Shown: in pieces, positions 38,224 through 47,397 of the stretch
Position numbering within the stretch: the first letter of the stretch is position 1
Layout: each line of letters begins with the position of its first letter
Program-made: the position numbers and the translations under genes
Assembly: GCA_026394375.1 (NCBI GenBank)
Contig: JAPKYJ010000003.1
Coordinates: 33,846 to 97,845, forward strand
Length of the DNA: 64,000 bases
Direction: 5' to 3'
Source of the DNA: Methanomassiliicoccales archaeon
Lineage (GTDB): Archaea; Thermoplasmatota; Thermoplasmata; Methanomassiliicoccales; UBA472
The notes under the pieces: generated by a model
The model's database searches: none
The model's input: the letters and a program-made list of their open reading frames with translations, nothing else
Told to the model about the DNA's origin: nothing

Positions 38224-39537
38224 TCATTCGGTGGGCTCTCCTTCCTTCTTTACCCAGCGCTGGTCGTCGTCCTTGGCGGACACGTTGAAGCTCAGTAGGT
38301 CGCTGACATCGGTGGCCCATTGCAGCGGGTCGGAGTGGATCACCCGCCCTATGAAGCGGGCTCTCAGATCACGCAGCTCAGGGATCTTCATCATGGCATA
38401 GCGATAGCGGGAGTACTCCGGCGTGTAGAGCTTGCCCTCTTCCAGGTAGATCGGCTCTCGGCGGAAGTTGATCGCCTCCAGCGCGGCATTCATCTTGTCC
38501 AATATTCGATCCAGGTCGGCGAAGCTCTCGCCCTCCGCCCCCGAACGCCTGAACTCCTCACGGGGGGCGATGCGGAAGAAATAGGTCGCCCGGCCAGTAT
38601 CGTCCTCAGAGGATGCCTCGAAGGCGATGGCATTGCCTGCCTTGCCGTCTGAGGCCGAGGTGATCGGAACGAAGAGCCAGATGTAGTCGGTGATGCCTTC
38701 CTCGCCTCGGGTGCGCTTGATCCCCGCCCTGGTCTTTTCCTTGATGCCAAGGGAAGTCAGCAGCTGATACTGGGGGCCGAGGTCGGCGCCTTCCAGCCTC
38801 TTCTCCATCGCCCTCCACGAACCAGGGACGAGCTGGTCCAGGAGGGCCAGGTTCACCGCCTTGCCTTCCTTGATGTATCTGGAGGCGTTCTCGATGTTGA
38901 CTGGGTCCGCCTCCGGGACCAGGTCCTTCAATAGTGCTTTGATGCGCAACGCCTGCTCCGCCATGCCTTCGGCGATCGCCTTGCGGAGTGGCTCGAGCTC
39001 CCGTCCAAGCTTGCCAACGGTGAGGAAGCTCCCATCCTCCTTCCTAATGGTCAGGGAGAACTTCTCCACGCTCACCCCGGCGAGGTTCGAGAGCGGCAGG
39101 CGAATGAACTCGCCTTTCTCAGGCATGATGGCCACCGTGCTCTGGTACACCCTCACCTCGCACTTGCAGATGAGCGGCTTCTGCTCTTCGTGCGCTCCCA
39201 TTCTCAGCTCCCCGGGCACGCTCTGCTTTTTAACAGGCTCTTGCATTAACAGGTCTCGGATGAGCTGCTCGTTCCTGGAACGGTTGATGCCTTTCGCCAG
39301 GTCCTCGTACTTGTCCCCGATCTTGAAAAGAACGAGCGACTGGCCATTGACCATGGTGGCCTCGATGCGAAAGTCCTGAGACCGCGTGGTCACGATGTCC
39401 CTAAGGGAGAAGAAGTAGCTGGTACCGTCGTTGGCGACCAGGCTCAGGGAGTCCGCCTCCAATCTTGCTTTGGCGTCATCCGCCTTGATGTTCATACCGT
39501 CTGGCCCAGCGAGAGAGAAGCGCAAGGAGCACTCCAT
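38224..39537 (-). CDS. Hypothetical protein (~437 aa), no family recognised
   Basis: Clean, protein-like ORF that extends to 39627. An internal Met at 39537 sits ~29 nt downstream of AAATATTA (minus strand, 39573-39566), consistent with a short-leader or leaderless start. Confidence 0.6.
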   Translation of the reverse strand: MECSLRFSLAGPDGMNIKADDAKARLEADSLSLVANDGTSYFFSLRDIVTTRSQDFRIEATMVNGQSLVLFKIGDKYEDLAKGINRSRNEQLIRDLLMQEPVKKQSVPGELRMGAHEEQKPLICKCEVRVYQSTVAIMPEKGEFIRLPLSNLAGVSVEKFSLTIRKEDGSFLTVGKLGRELEPLRKAIAEGMAEQALRIKALLKDLVPEADPVNIENASRYIKEGKAVNLALLDQLVPGSWRAMEKRLEGADLGPQYQLLTSLGIKEKTRAGIKRTRGEEGITDYIWLFVPITSASDGKAGNAIAFEASSEDDTGRATYFFRIAPREEFRRSGAEGESFADLDRILDKMNAALEAINFRREPIYLEEGKLYTPEYSRYRYAMMKIPELRDLRARFIGRVIHSDPLQWATDVSDLLSFNVSAKDDDQRWVKKEGEPTE

Positions 39538-39654
39538 GAGGACAACGATGCCATTGCCGAGATGATAATATTTGTTCTGTGTTCTACCGGCTAATGAGGT
39601 CAGGGAAAGGTTATCGGTTGTGAGCAATATTGCATTGATCGGAGGGTAGAGTGC

Positions 39655-40536
39655 TTGTCGTCCAAGGTGGCGGTGGCTTTGGATCCGGTCAGGAAAAGGG
39701 CGGCCAGGAGCGTGGTCAAGGAGATCGGCCTACCTGTCATCGAGGGCAGGAGCGTCCTCATTAAGCCCAACTTCAACACCGCCGATCCCGCGCCCGGGTC
39801 CACCCATAACGACACCCTTCTGGCCCTAGTGGAGATGCTTAAGGTGGAAGCGCCGAGAAGTCTGACGGTGGCGGACCGTAGCGGACCGGCGAGCACCAGA
39901 GACGTGTTCGGGGAGAAAGGCATGTTCGACCTGGGCGAGGAGGAAGGTTTCGAATGCCTTCTATTCGACGAGATGCCGGACGACATGTACGCCAAAATCG
40001 AACCGCCTGGGAGCCACTGGCGGGCTGGCTTTCGCTTCGCCAGGCCGGTGCTCCGCGCGGACCGTGTCATCTGCTTGTGCTGCCTTAAGACCCATCAGTA
40101 CGGGGGGCATTTCACCATGTCCCTCAAACTGACCACAGGCATGGTGCATCGCCTCGACATGGACGAGCTCCATTCCTCTCCCCACCAGAGACAGATGATC
40201 GCGGAGATGAACTACGCATATGATCCGACCATAGTGGTCATGGATGGGGTCGAGTCTTACTACTCCGGTGGTCCCATGCGTGGGCGGGTATGGAAAGCGA
40301 ACCTGACCCTGGCGTCCAGGGACCGCGTGGCCCTGGATGCTGTGGGCGTTGCCGCCTTGAAGATGCATGGCACCACCGAAGAGATCGAACGCAGGCCGGT
40401 CTTCGAACAGGACCAGATCAAGAGGGCGGTGGAGCTGGGACTGGGTGCGACTCGCCCCGAAGACATCGAGTTGGTGCCGGTAGACGATGCTTCCGCGGAC
40501 GTGGCGGCGAAGCTCGAAGATGCCTTGCGGTCTTGA
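39655..40536 (+). CDS. DUF362 domain protein
   Basis: 293 aa. SVLIKPNFNTADPAPGSTHNDTLLALVEML...CLKTHQYGG is typical of DUF362. Confidence 0.75.
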   Translation: MSSKVAVALDPVRKRAARSVVKEIGLPVIEGRSVLIKPNFNTADPAPGSTHNDTLLALVEMLKVEAPRSLTVADRSGPASTRDVFGEKGMFDLGEEEGFECLLFDEMPDDMYAKIEPPGSHWRAGFRFARPVLRADRVICLCCLKTHQYGGHFTMSLKLTTGMVHRLDMDELHSSPHQRQMIAEMNYAYDPTIVVMDGVESYYSGGPMRGRVWKANLTLASRDRVALDAVGVAALKMHGTTEEIERRPVFEQDQIKRAVELGLGATRPEDIELVPVDDASADVAAKLEDALRS

Positions 40537-40582
40537 TCCATCGAGCTACTGGCCGTTATCATTGTTTCCTACTGCTTTATGA

Positions 40583-41617
40583 ATGAAGATCTGGCATCGG
40601 GCATCGATGAAGTCGAAGAGGAGCTACCTCCCCGCCCTGGCGTTATTCCTCCTTTCCCCGATCATAGGGGAGCTCCTCTCCGGTTCTTCCCCGCCCTTGG
40701 AATTCCTCAACCCGGTAGGCCTCGCCTTCATGGTGGGGCTCTATGGCAGCGGAGCGGTGATCATCAGGGAGCTGGTGGTACGTTGGAACAAGGGCTGGAC
40801 CTCAATATTGGTCATGGGCGTGGCCTACGGCATCATCGAGGAGGGGCTGATGGTCAAATCCTTCTTCGATCCCAACTGGGTGGACATCGGCGTCCTGGGC
40901 TCCTATGGCAGATACGCAGGAGTGAACTGGATATGGAGCACGGAGCTGGCCATCTACCACGCGGTCTTCAGCATCGCCATCCCCATACTGCTCATCACCC
41001 TTCTCTTCCGAGAGGACTCTGGCCGTAGATGGGTCACCGACCGCACGCTCAAGATACTGTTCGGAGTGCTGGCATTGGATGTGGCGCTTGGGGCCCTCTT
41101 CCTCACCCCTTACGTCCCTGAGCCGCAGAACTATCTTCTGGCATTGACATCGGTGTTCGCGCTGTTCGTGTTGGCCCGCGCCCTTCCCCGGCACTACTTC
41201 CTCCCTCGCAACGTTCCAGTGCTGCGGCCTCGCCGCTTCCTGGCTCTGGGCGCTTTCTTCTCCTCCACCTTCTTCATCACCCTGTGGGTACTGCCTGCCA
41301 CGGGAGTGAACCCGCTTGAGCCGATTGCCGTGGTGTTGTTGCTCAGCTGGTACTGTTTCAACACCGCAAGGCGCTGGTCAGGGAACGGGGCGCAATGGCA
41401 GCCGAGGCATCAGCTTGCCCTTGCGTCCGGGGTGCTCTCCTTCCTCATCCTCTTCGCGTTCATACACGAGCTGGGCGGAGGGGGCATGGTGGGCATGTCG
41501 GTCGTGGGAATGGCGTTCATCCTCTTCCTGAGCTGGTTGTGGAGAGGGCTTCCTTCCACGGCGGATATCAAGCCCAAGAGCCATCCCCGGGCCATCCCTC
41601 CCCCTGATTTCCGCTAG
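40583..41617 (+). CDS. Polytopic membrane protein, unknown function
   Basis: 344 aa with ~8-9 hydrophobic helices. The stop lies 1 nt from the convergent oxidoreductase beta-subunit stop. Confidence 0.65.
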   Translation: MKIWHRASMKSKRSYLPALALFLLSPIIGELLSGSSPPLEFLNPVGLAFMVGLYGSGAVIIRELVVRWNKGWTSILVMGVAYGIIEEGLMVKSFFDPNWVDIGVLGSYGRYAGVNWIWSTELAIYHAVFSIAIPILLITLLFREDSGRRWVTDRTLKILFGVLALDVALGALFLTPYVPEPQNYLLALTSVFALFVLARALPRHYFLPRNVPVLRPRRFLALGAFFSSTFFITLWVLPATGVNPLEPIAVVLLLSWYCFNTARRWSGNGAQWQPRHQLALASGVLSFLILFAFIHELGGGGMVGMSVVGMAFILFLSWLWRGLPSTADIKPKSHPRAIPPPDFR

Positions 41618-41618
41618 C

Positions 41619-42410
41619 TCAGGCGATCATGCCGAAGGGGGCTCGATTCCTTTCCACGAACTCCCCCACGGTGATCTGTCCGCCGAGGTTGAGGTCCAGC
41701 TGGTCGAGCCCCCAAGCTTGGCTCTTCTCCCGTTTCACGCTGATGATCTTGAGCCATTCGAACATCTGCTTGGGGTCGGCCATACGGTTCCTTCGCCCGA
41801 AAGAAGTGGGACAGGGAGAGGCGATCTCCACGAAGGAGAAGCCCTTCTTCTGCATGGCCTTCTGCATGGATGCGGTCAGCTCCTTCACGTTGCGCACGGT
41901 CCACCGGGCGACGTAGTTGGCCCCTGCGGTCACCGCCAGCTCGGAAAGGTCGAAGGGATACTCCTTGTTGCCATAGGGGGTGGTGGTGCTGTATGACTTG
42001 TGCGGCGTGGTGGTGGAAGCCTGCCCCCCGGTCATGCCGTAGATGAAGTTGTTGATGCAGAACACGGACATGTCCACGTTCCTCCGGGCCGCGTTGATGA
42101 AGTGGTTGCCGCCAATGGCCCCTAAGTCCCCATCTCCCGAGAAGACCACCACGTTCAAGTCCGGATTGGCCAGTTTGATGCCGGTCGCCACCGCCAAGGC
42201 TCGGCCATGGGTGGTGTGGATGGAGTCCGCTCGGATGTAACCGATGATGCGGGAGCTGCAGCCTATGCCAGAGACGAAGACCGTGCGGTCTTGGTCCAGT
42301 CCCGTCTCGGCGAAGGCGCGGTGGAAGCAGTTCATCACCATGCCGATGCCGCAGCCAGGACAGAACATGTGCGGCCATCTATCCTCCCGGAACAGATCGA
42401 AGAACTCCAT
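41619..42410 (-). CDS. 2-oxoacid:ferredoxin oxidoreductase beta subunit (TPP-binding)
   Basis: 263 aa with FCPGCGIGMV and GDGDLGAIGGNHF (TPP motif). Confidence 0.9.
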   Translation of the reverse strand: MEFFDLFREDRWPHMFCPGCGIGMVMNCFHRAFAETGLDQDRTVFVSGIGCSSRIIGYIRADSIHTTHGRALAVATGIKLANPDLNVVVFSGDGDLGAIGGNHFINAARRNVDMSVFCINNFIYGMTGGQASTTTPHKSYSTTTPYGNKEYPFDLSELAVTAGANYVARWTVRNVKELTASMQKAMQKKGFSFVEIASPCPTSFGRRNRMADPKQMFEWLKIISVKREKSQAWGLDQLDLNLGGQITVGEFVERNRAPFGMIA

Positions 42411-42411
42411 C

Positions 42412-43533
42412 TCAACCTCCCTTGCCGAGGAATTTCACGATCTCCGATGGCGTGGTCACTTCTCCTCCCACTTTGGAAAGCAACCTGGTCTTGATGCGTC
42501 CTTCGGCGCAGGCCACTCTCTCCACCTCCCGGTACGCTTGGCCGAGGTTCATCTCCACCACGATGACATCCTCTGTCCCGGATATCGCCTGGCGCAATAG
42601 CCGCTCGGGGAATGGCCAGATGGTCTTCAGGTTCACCATCCCGGTTTCAGGATCGGAACGCAGGACCTCGTGCGCGGCCAAGGCTGGAGAGCCATAGGTC
42701 ACGAGCATTCTCCTGGAATTGGGGCGGATGGTCTCCACTCGGCAGATGTCATCCTCGTGCTTCGTGACCTTGTCGTTCAATCGGCGGACGAGATCCTCGT
42801 GCACCTCCGGATCGTTGCTCGGATATCCTGCCACATCGTGCGAAAGTCCAGTGACATGGACCCTCGACCCACTGCCAAAGACGGGGAACTTGGGCACCAG
42901 GCTCTCGTCATAGGCGAAACCATCGTGCCAGACCTTATCCGAACGGATGGCTCGGTCGATGACCTCGATCGAGGTGGGAACGGTGGACTTGCCTCTCATG
43001 TGTCCCACCTCCGCATCTGACAGGAGGATGACGGGCACTCGATACTTCTCGGTCAGGTTGAAGGCCCGGATAGTGAGGTCGAACATGTCCTGTACGGTGG
43101 AGGCTGCCAGAGCGATGATCGGATAGTCCCCGTGCGAGCCGTAGCGCGCCTGCATGACATCCCCCTGGGCGGGCATGGTCGGCAGGCCCGTGGAAGGCCC
43201 TCCTCGCATGGCGTCCACGATGACCAACGGCGTCTCGGTCATGGAGGCATAGCCGATGCTCTCCTGCATGAGGGAGAACCCTGGTCCAGAGGTCGCCGTC
43301 ATGGACTTGGCGCCGGTCCAGGAAGCGCCGATAATCGCAGATATGGAGGCGATCTCGTCCTCCATCTGGATGAACACCCCTCCCTCCTCAGGAAGCCTGG
43401 CTGCCAGCCCCTCTCCCACCTCCGTGGATGGGGTTATCGGATAGCCAGCGTAGAAACGCAATCCGGCATAGATGGCCGCCTCGACACAGGCCTCGTTCCC
43501 CTGCATGAAATAGGTCCCCGGCGGGAGTCTCAC
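42412..43533 (-). CDS. 2-oxoacid:ferredoxin oxidoreductase alpha subunit
   Basis: 373 aa. GNEACVEAAIYAGLRFYAGYPITPSTE is typical of alpha subunits. Confidence 0.9.
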   Translation of the reverse strand: MRLPPGTYFMQGNEACVEAAIYAGLRFYAGYPITPSTEVGEGLAARLPEEGGVFIQMEDEIASISAIIGASWTGAKSMTATSGPGFSLMQESIGYASMTETPLVIVDAMRGGPSTGLPTMPAQGDVMQARYGSHGDYPIIALAASTVQDMFDLTIRAFNLTEKYRVPVILLSDAEVGHMRGKSTVPTSIEVIDRAIRSDKVWHDGFAYDESLVPKFPVFGSGSRVHVTGLSHDVAGYPSNDPEVHEDLVRRLNDKVTKHEDDICRVETIRPNSRRMLVTYGSPALAAHEVLRSDPETGMVNLKTIWPFPERLLRQAISGTEDVIVVEMNLGQAYREVERVACAEGRIKTRLLSKVGGEVTTPSEIVKFLGKGG

Positions 43534-43778
43534 GGCTCTGCCCCCGCCTCTTCATCCCAGCGGAGCGCCTGGTCCGGGCACGTCAGGATGCACATCTCGC
43601 ACACCGCGTTCTTCTTCGTCTTGCGCTTGAAGTTGGGGCATTTCTCAGGATGGGCGACGACAGGAGGGAAGTAGCCTCTCTCGCTGATGTCCTCACCCTC
43701 CTCGAACGAACGTGTCGGGCAGACCACCACGCACAAGTTGCATCCTTTGCAGAATTCCTTTCTCACTTGGACCTGCAT
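43530..43778 (-). CDS. 2-oxoacid:ferredoxin oxidoreductase delta subunit (2x[4Fe-4S])
   Basis: 82 aa with CKGCNLCVVVCP and CEMCILTCP. 4-nt overlap with the alpha subunit. Confidence 0.85.
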   Translation of the reverse strand: MQVQVRKEFCKGCNLCVVVCPTRSFEEGEDISERGYFPPVVAHPEKCPNFKRKTKKNAVCEMCILTCPDQALRWDEEAGAEP

Positions 43779-43922
43779 GTCGCCTCCCTGCCCACCCCTT
43801 CAAATCCGGTTGGCCAATGATATAGTTTTGCCAAGCCACAATGACTTTCCGGAAGATGATGGTGCTCCTGGCGATGGATCCCTCAGACAAAATGATATAG
43901 TGCATTCCGATTGTTGGGGGCG

Positions 43923-44846
43923 ATGGAGATTCGCACCCTGGGAAGGAGCGATTTGAAGGTGTCCGCCGTTGGCCTAGGGGCGTGGTCCTGGGGTTCGACG
44001 AGATATTGGGAATATGGGAGAAGCTATCGCAAGGAGGATATCGCCCAGGCCATCGAGAAAGCGGTGGAGATGGGCATCGACCTCCTCGATACGGCCGAGG
44101 TGTATGGAGGGGGTGCCTCGGAGCGTCTGATCGGTGAGCTCGTTCCCAAAGATGATTTCTATATTGCCAGCAAGTACGCTCCCTTGCACCTCCTGCCCTC
44201 TTCCGTCCTCACTCACGCCGAGAGAAGCCGCAAGCGTCTGCAAGTGGAGGCCATCGACCTCTACCAGGTCCATTTCCACAATCCGCTGCTCTCCCTCCGG
44301 GCAACGATGCGCAATTTGGAGAAGTTGGTCAGGGAGGGCAAGATCAGGCACATCGGCGTGAGCAATTTCAACGTGCAAACACTGGAGAAGGCCCGTTCCT
44401 ACCTCTCGCGCTGCGACGTCGTCTCCAACCAGGTGCACTTCAATCTCGCAAATCGCGCGCCGGAAAGGAATGGCATGCTCGACTATTGCCGAAAGGAAAG
44501 GCTCTCTATCATCGCCTGGAGCCCTCTGCAACAAGGAGTGCTGACCGGCAAGTATGCTCCGGGCAAGAGGCCGGGAGGCTGGCGGGCCAGAACCCGTTAC
44601 TTCCGCAATTCCCATCTGAAGGCGGTGCAGCCGGTGCTTCAGGTTCTCGAAGAATGCTCGAAAGCGCATGGCAGGACGACGGCCCAAGGTGCCCTGGCTT
44701 GGCTGCTTCGTCATCCAGAGGTGGTGATCATCCCTGGCGCGAACCGAGCGCAGCAGGTGGAGATGAACGCCGGGGCGGTCGGCTGGAGCTTCACCCAAGC
44801 GGAGCTGGACCGGCTCGATCAAACGTCGGCGAAGTTCGAGAGATGA
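43923..44846 (+). CDS. Aldo/keto reductase
   Basis: MEIRTLGRSDLKVSAVGLGAW...DTAEVYG...IGVSNF is typical of AKRs. The ORF opens at 43911. Confidence 0.88.
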   Translation: MEIRTLGRSDLKVSAVGLGAWSWGSTRYWEYGRSYRKEDIAQAIEKAVEMGIDLLDTAEVYGGGASERLIGELVPKDDFYIASKYAPLHLLPSSVLTHAERSRKRLQVEAIDLYQVHFHNPLLSLRATMRNLEKLVREGKIRHIGVSNFNVQTLEKARSYLSRCDVVSNQVHFNLANRAPERNGMLDYCRKERLSIIAWSPLQQGVLTGKYAPGKRPGGWRARTRYFRNSHLKAVQPVLQVLEECSKAHGRTTAQGALAWLLRHPEVVIIPGANRAQQVEMNAGAVGWSFTQAELDRLDQTSAKFER

Positions 44847-44904
44847 ACGGCTTTCGGTCGCAGCCAGCCAACCTATTTATACGCCGCCCTTGATTGGCAG
44901 CCTC

Positions 44905-45813
44905 ATGCGTGTCGAGGATCGCATCCGGGAGCTCAAAGCGCAGAGGAAAGCGGTCATCCTGGCTCACAACTATCAGAGGCCGGAGGTGCAGGACATGGCG
45001 GACTTCGTGGGCGATTCTCTCGGGCTCTCCATGCAAGCCGCCGAGACCGATGCCGACGTCATCGTCTTCTGCGGGGTGGATTTCATGGCGGAGAGCGCGA
45101 AGGTCTTGAACCCCGAGAAGAAGGTGCTGATACCGGAGAAGGATGCCCAGTGCCCTATGGCCGCCATGCTCGACGTGTCTGGACTGCTCGATATGAAAAG
45201 GAAGCATCCTGGCGCCGCGGTCGTCAGCTACGTCAACACCACGGCCGCCGCCAAGGCCGAGTCGGACATCTGCTGCACCTCCTCTAACGCGGTGAAAGTC
45301 GTGAGGTCCCTCGACGCCAGCAAGATCATCTTCGTGCCGGACGAGAACCTCGGCAAGTGGGTGCAGCGTTCCGTTCCGGACAAGGAGTTCGTTTTCTGGC
45401 CTGGCTATTGCCCAACCCATGATTCCATCTCTCCGGAGATGATACGCGCGGCGAAGAACAGGCATCCGGGAGCGAAGGTGCTCGCTCATCCCGAATGCCG
45501 GCCGGCCGTGCTCGACCTGGCGGATGCGGTCCGCTCCACCGAGGGAATGATCCGGTTCGTGAAGGAGAGCGAAGCCAGAGAGTTCATCATCGCCACCGAG
45601 CAGGAGCTCCTGCACCGCCTGAAGAAGGAGGCGCCAGGGAAGGTCTTCCATTCCATCCCCGGGGCGCTTTGCCCGAACATGAAGAAGATCACTCTGGGTT
45701 CAGTTCTACGTTCCCTGGAGGAGATGAATTACGAGGTCGAGCTGCCCGAGGACGTAATGCACAGGGCTCGATTCCCCCTAGAGAAGATGATGCAGGTGGG
45801 ACGCGGGGACTGA
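44905..45813 (+). CDS. nadA: Quinolinate synthase
   Basis: RIRELKAQRKAVILAHNYQRPEVQDMADFVGDSL, plus the three Cys-containing repeats of NadA. The ORF opens at 44890 (TTG). Confidence 0.92.
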   Translation: MRVEDRIRELKAQRKAVILAHNYQRPEVQDMADFVGDSLGLSMQAAETDADVIVFCGVDFMAESAKVLNPEKKVLIPEKDAQCPMAAMLDVSGLLDMKRKHPGAAVVSYVNTTAAAKAESDICCTSSNAVKVVRSLDASKIIFVPDENLGKWVQRSVPDKEFVFWPGYCPTHDSISPEMIRAAKNRHPGAKVLAHPECRPAVLDLADAVRSTEGMIRFVKESEAREFIIATEQELLHRLKKEAPGKVFHSIPGALCPNMKKITLGSVLRSLEEMNYEVELPEDVMHRARFPLEKMMQVGRGD

Positions 45814-45825
45814 GCTCTGCTCTAG

Positions 45826-45866
45826 GGGCAAGAAAAAGAAAATGAGAAAAGCGGAAAAGGGGTTTT
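45826..45866 (-). terminator. T-rich tract downstream of the surface-protein gene
   Basis: The minus strand reads CCCCTTTTCCGCTTTTCTCATTTTCTTTTTCTT directly after the stop at 45871. Confidence 0.35.
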
Positions 45867-45870
45867 GAGC

Positions 45871-47346
45871 CTAGGGCTGCCTGTACTCTGGTGGGGAGCG
45901 GTGGTTGAACTTCTCGTTCCCCTTCTTGTTTTGGCGGCGGATCAGCACGAGGGCCGCGATCATGGAGATGACGATAACCACCACGCCTACGAACAGCACG
46001 AACAGGAGCGCCTTGAGCCCATCGTTCATGTCGATCTGCAACGTCTCGCCGATGAATGACGGGTCATGCATGATGTTCGCGCCCATCGGATAGATGTATC
46101 CTCCCAGGATGACAAGCAACTTCACCTGGCCATCCCTCTTGTCCGTGGGGAACTCGGAAGCGACGCCGGCGTGGATCTGGTAGTACATCTGCTTCTCCGC
46201 TCCGTCCACGCTCACGTTGCTTACCCAGGTCAGCATGCCGCAGCGTTCCCAGTTGTTCTTGAAGCTGATGCTGTCCTTGGTGAGCAGCTGGGCCTGACCA
46301 GGCAGTTGACTCTGCTCCGCGACCGTCTGGTTGCTACCTTCCGCCTCGTAGTTGGCCAAACCCGTCCCGTCGCTCAGGTGGCTCTTCAGGAACTGCACGT
46401 TGTACCATTCCTCCACCCTCTCCGGGATGAACGCGCCGAAGACCAGCAGGTTCTCCAGCATGAGGTGGGAATCGATCGCGTCAGGGTAGGGATCCCAGCC
46501 TTCCACGATGTGGTCGTACTTGAAGGCGGTGTTCGCCGCCACGCCAGTGTACTCACGGGAGGCGATCTGCTCGGAATGGGTGATCCTTCCATGGTCGAGG
46601 GTGACCTTGTAGAACGGCACCTCGGCCGTGACCTCCTTGGCCGTGGCCTCGATATGGAACCGGAACTCGATCTTCTCTACCACGCCGTCCTCCGGGGTGC
46701 CATCGCGCACAGCATGTATTGTCGGGTCGTAGACCTTTGAATAGGTGACATTAGTAGCATAGAGCGAGAATTCGAAGGTCTTGCTCTGGTTGACCGTGTC
46801 CGTGAGCGAGGTGATGGGAGACAAGGTCCAAGCGCGCTTCATATCCACGTACTTGTACAATGGCTCGAACTTCTGCGCGCCCTCGAAGAAGAACGTGTGG
46901 TTGCTGGTGAAGTCGAAGAGACCGTTCCCCGCTCCATAGCTGCCGAAGAGAGTATCAATGCCTGTGTCATCGAACTCCAGCAGCCCGAACAAGGACTGTG
47001 CGAAGACGGTGACGATAGGTATCGGGACCGCGTCCAAGATGGTGTTGCCGTTCGGACCGACGACCTGAGCCCCGCCCAGATAGCGCAGGGTGACGCCCAC
47101 GAGCGTGATGGGAGCTGGATTTGCCTCCGTCCCGTACACCACCGCGAACCAACCGGCGGAACCGTCCTTGGTCATGTTCACGGCCACGTAGTCGCCGCCA
47201 TTCCATTCGCTAGTATGCCCAGTCTCGAGCCTGATCCGGTCGATGGGATTAGGCGCTGGAGCCGCGCTCACGACGCCGCTCATCCCTCCAGTGAGCATCA
47301 GGGCGACGACCGCGAGCGAGATCATGCCGATGTAGGTTGCCTTCAT
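45871..47346 (-). CDS. Secreted, C-terminally anchored protein of unknown function
   Basis: Signal-like MKATYIGMISLAVVALMLTGGMSGVVSA, a ~430-aa beta-rich ectodomain, and a C-terminal TM plus basic tail (LIRRQNKKGNEK). Confidence 0.65.
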   Translation of the reverse strand: MKATYIGMISLAVVALMLTGGMSGVVSAAPAPNPIDRIRLETGHTSEWNGGDYVAVNMTKDGSAGWFAVVYGTEANPAPITLVGVTLRYLGGAQVVGPNGNTILDAVPIPIVTVFAQSLFGLLEFDDTGIDTLFGSYGAGNGLFDFTSNHTFFFEGAQKFEPLYKYVDMKRAWTLSPITSLTDTVNQSKTFEFSLYATNVTYSKVYDPTIHAVRDGTPEDGVVEKIEFRFHIEATAKEVTAEVPFYKVTLDHGRITHSEQIASREYTGVAANTAFKYDHIVEGWDPYPDAIDSHLMLENLLVFGAFIPERVEEWYNVQFLKSHLSDGTGLANYEAEGSNQTVAEQSQLPGQAQLLTKDSISFKNNWERCGMLTWVSNVSVDGAEKQMYYQIHAGVASEFPTDKRDGQVKLLVILGGYIYPMGANIMHDPSFIGETLQIDMNDGLKALLFVLFVGVVVIVISMIAALVLIRRQNKKGNEKFNHRSPPEYRQP

Positions 47347-47397
47347 GAGGAATTCACCTCTGTCCCGTGCTATGCTTAGGACCAATCTAGTAAGGCC

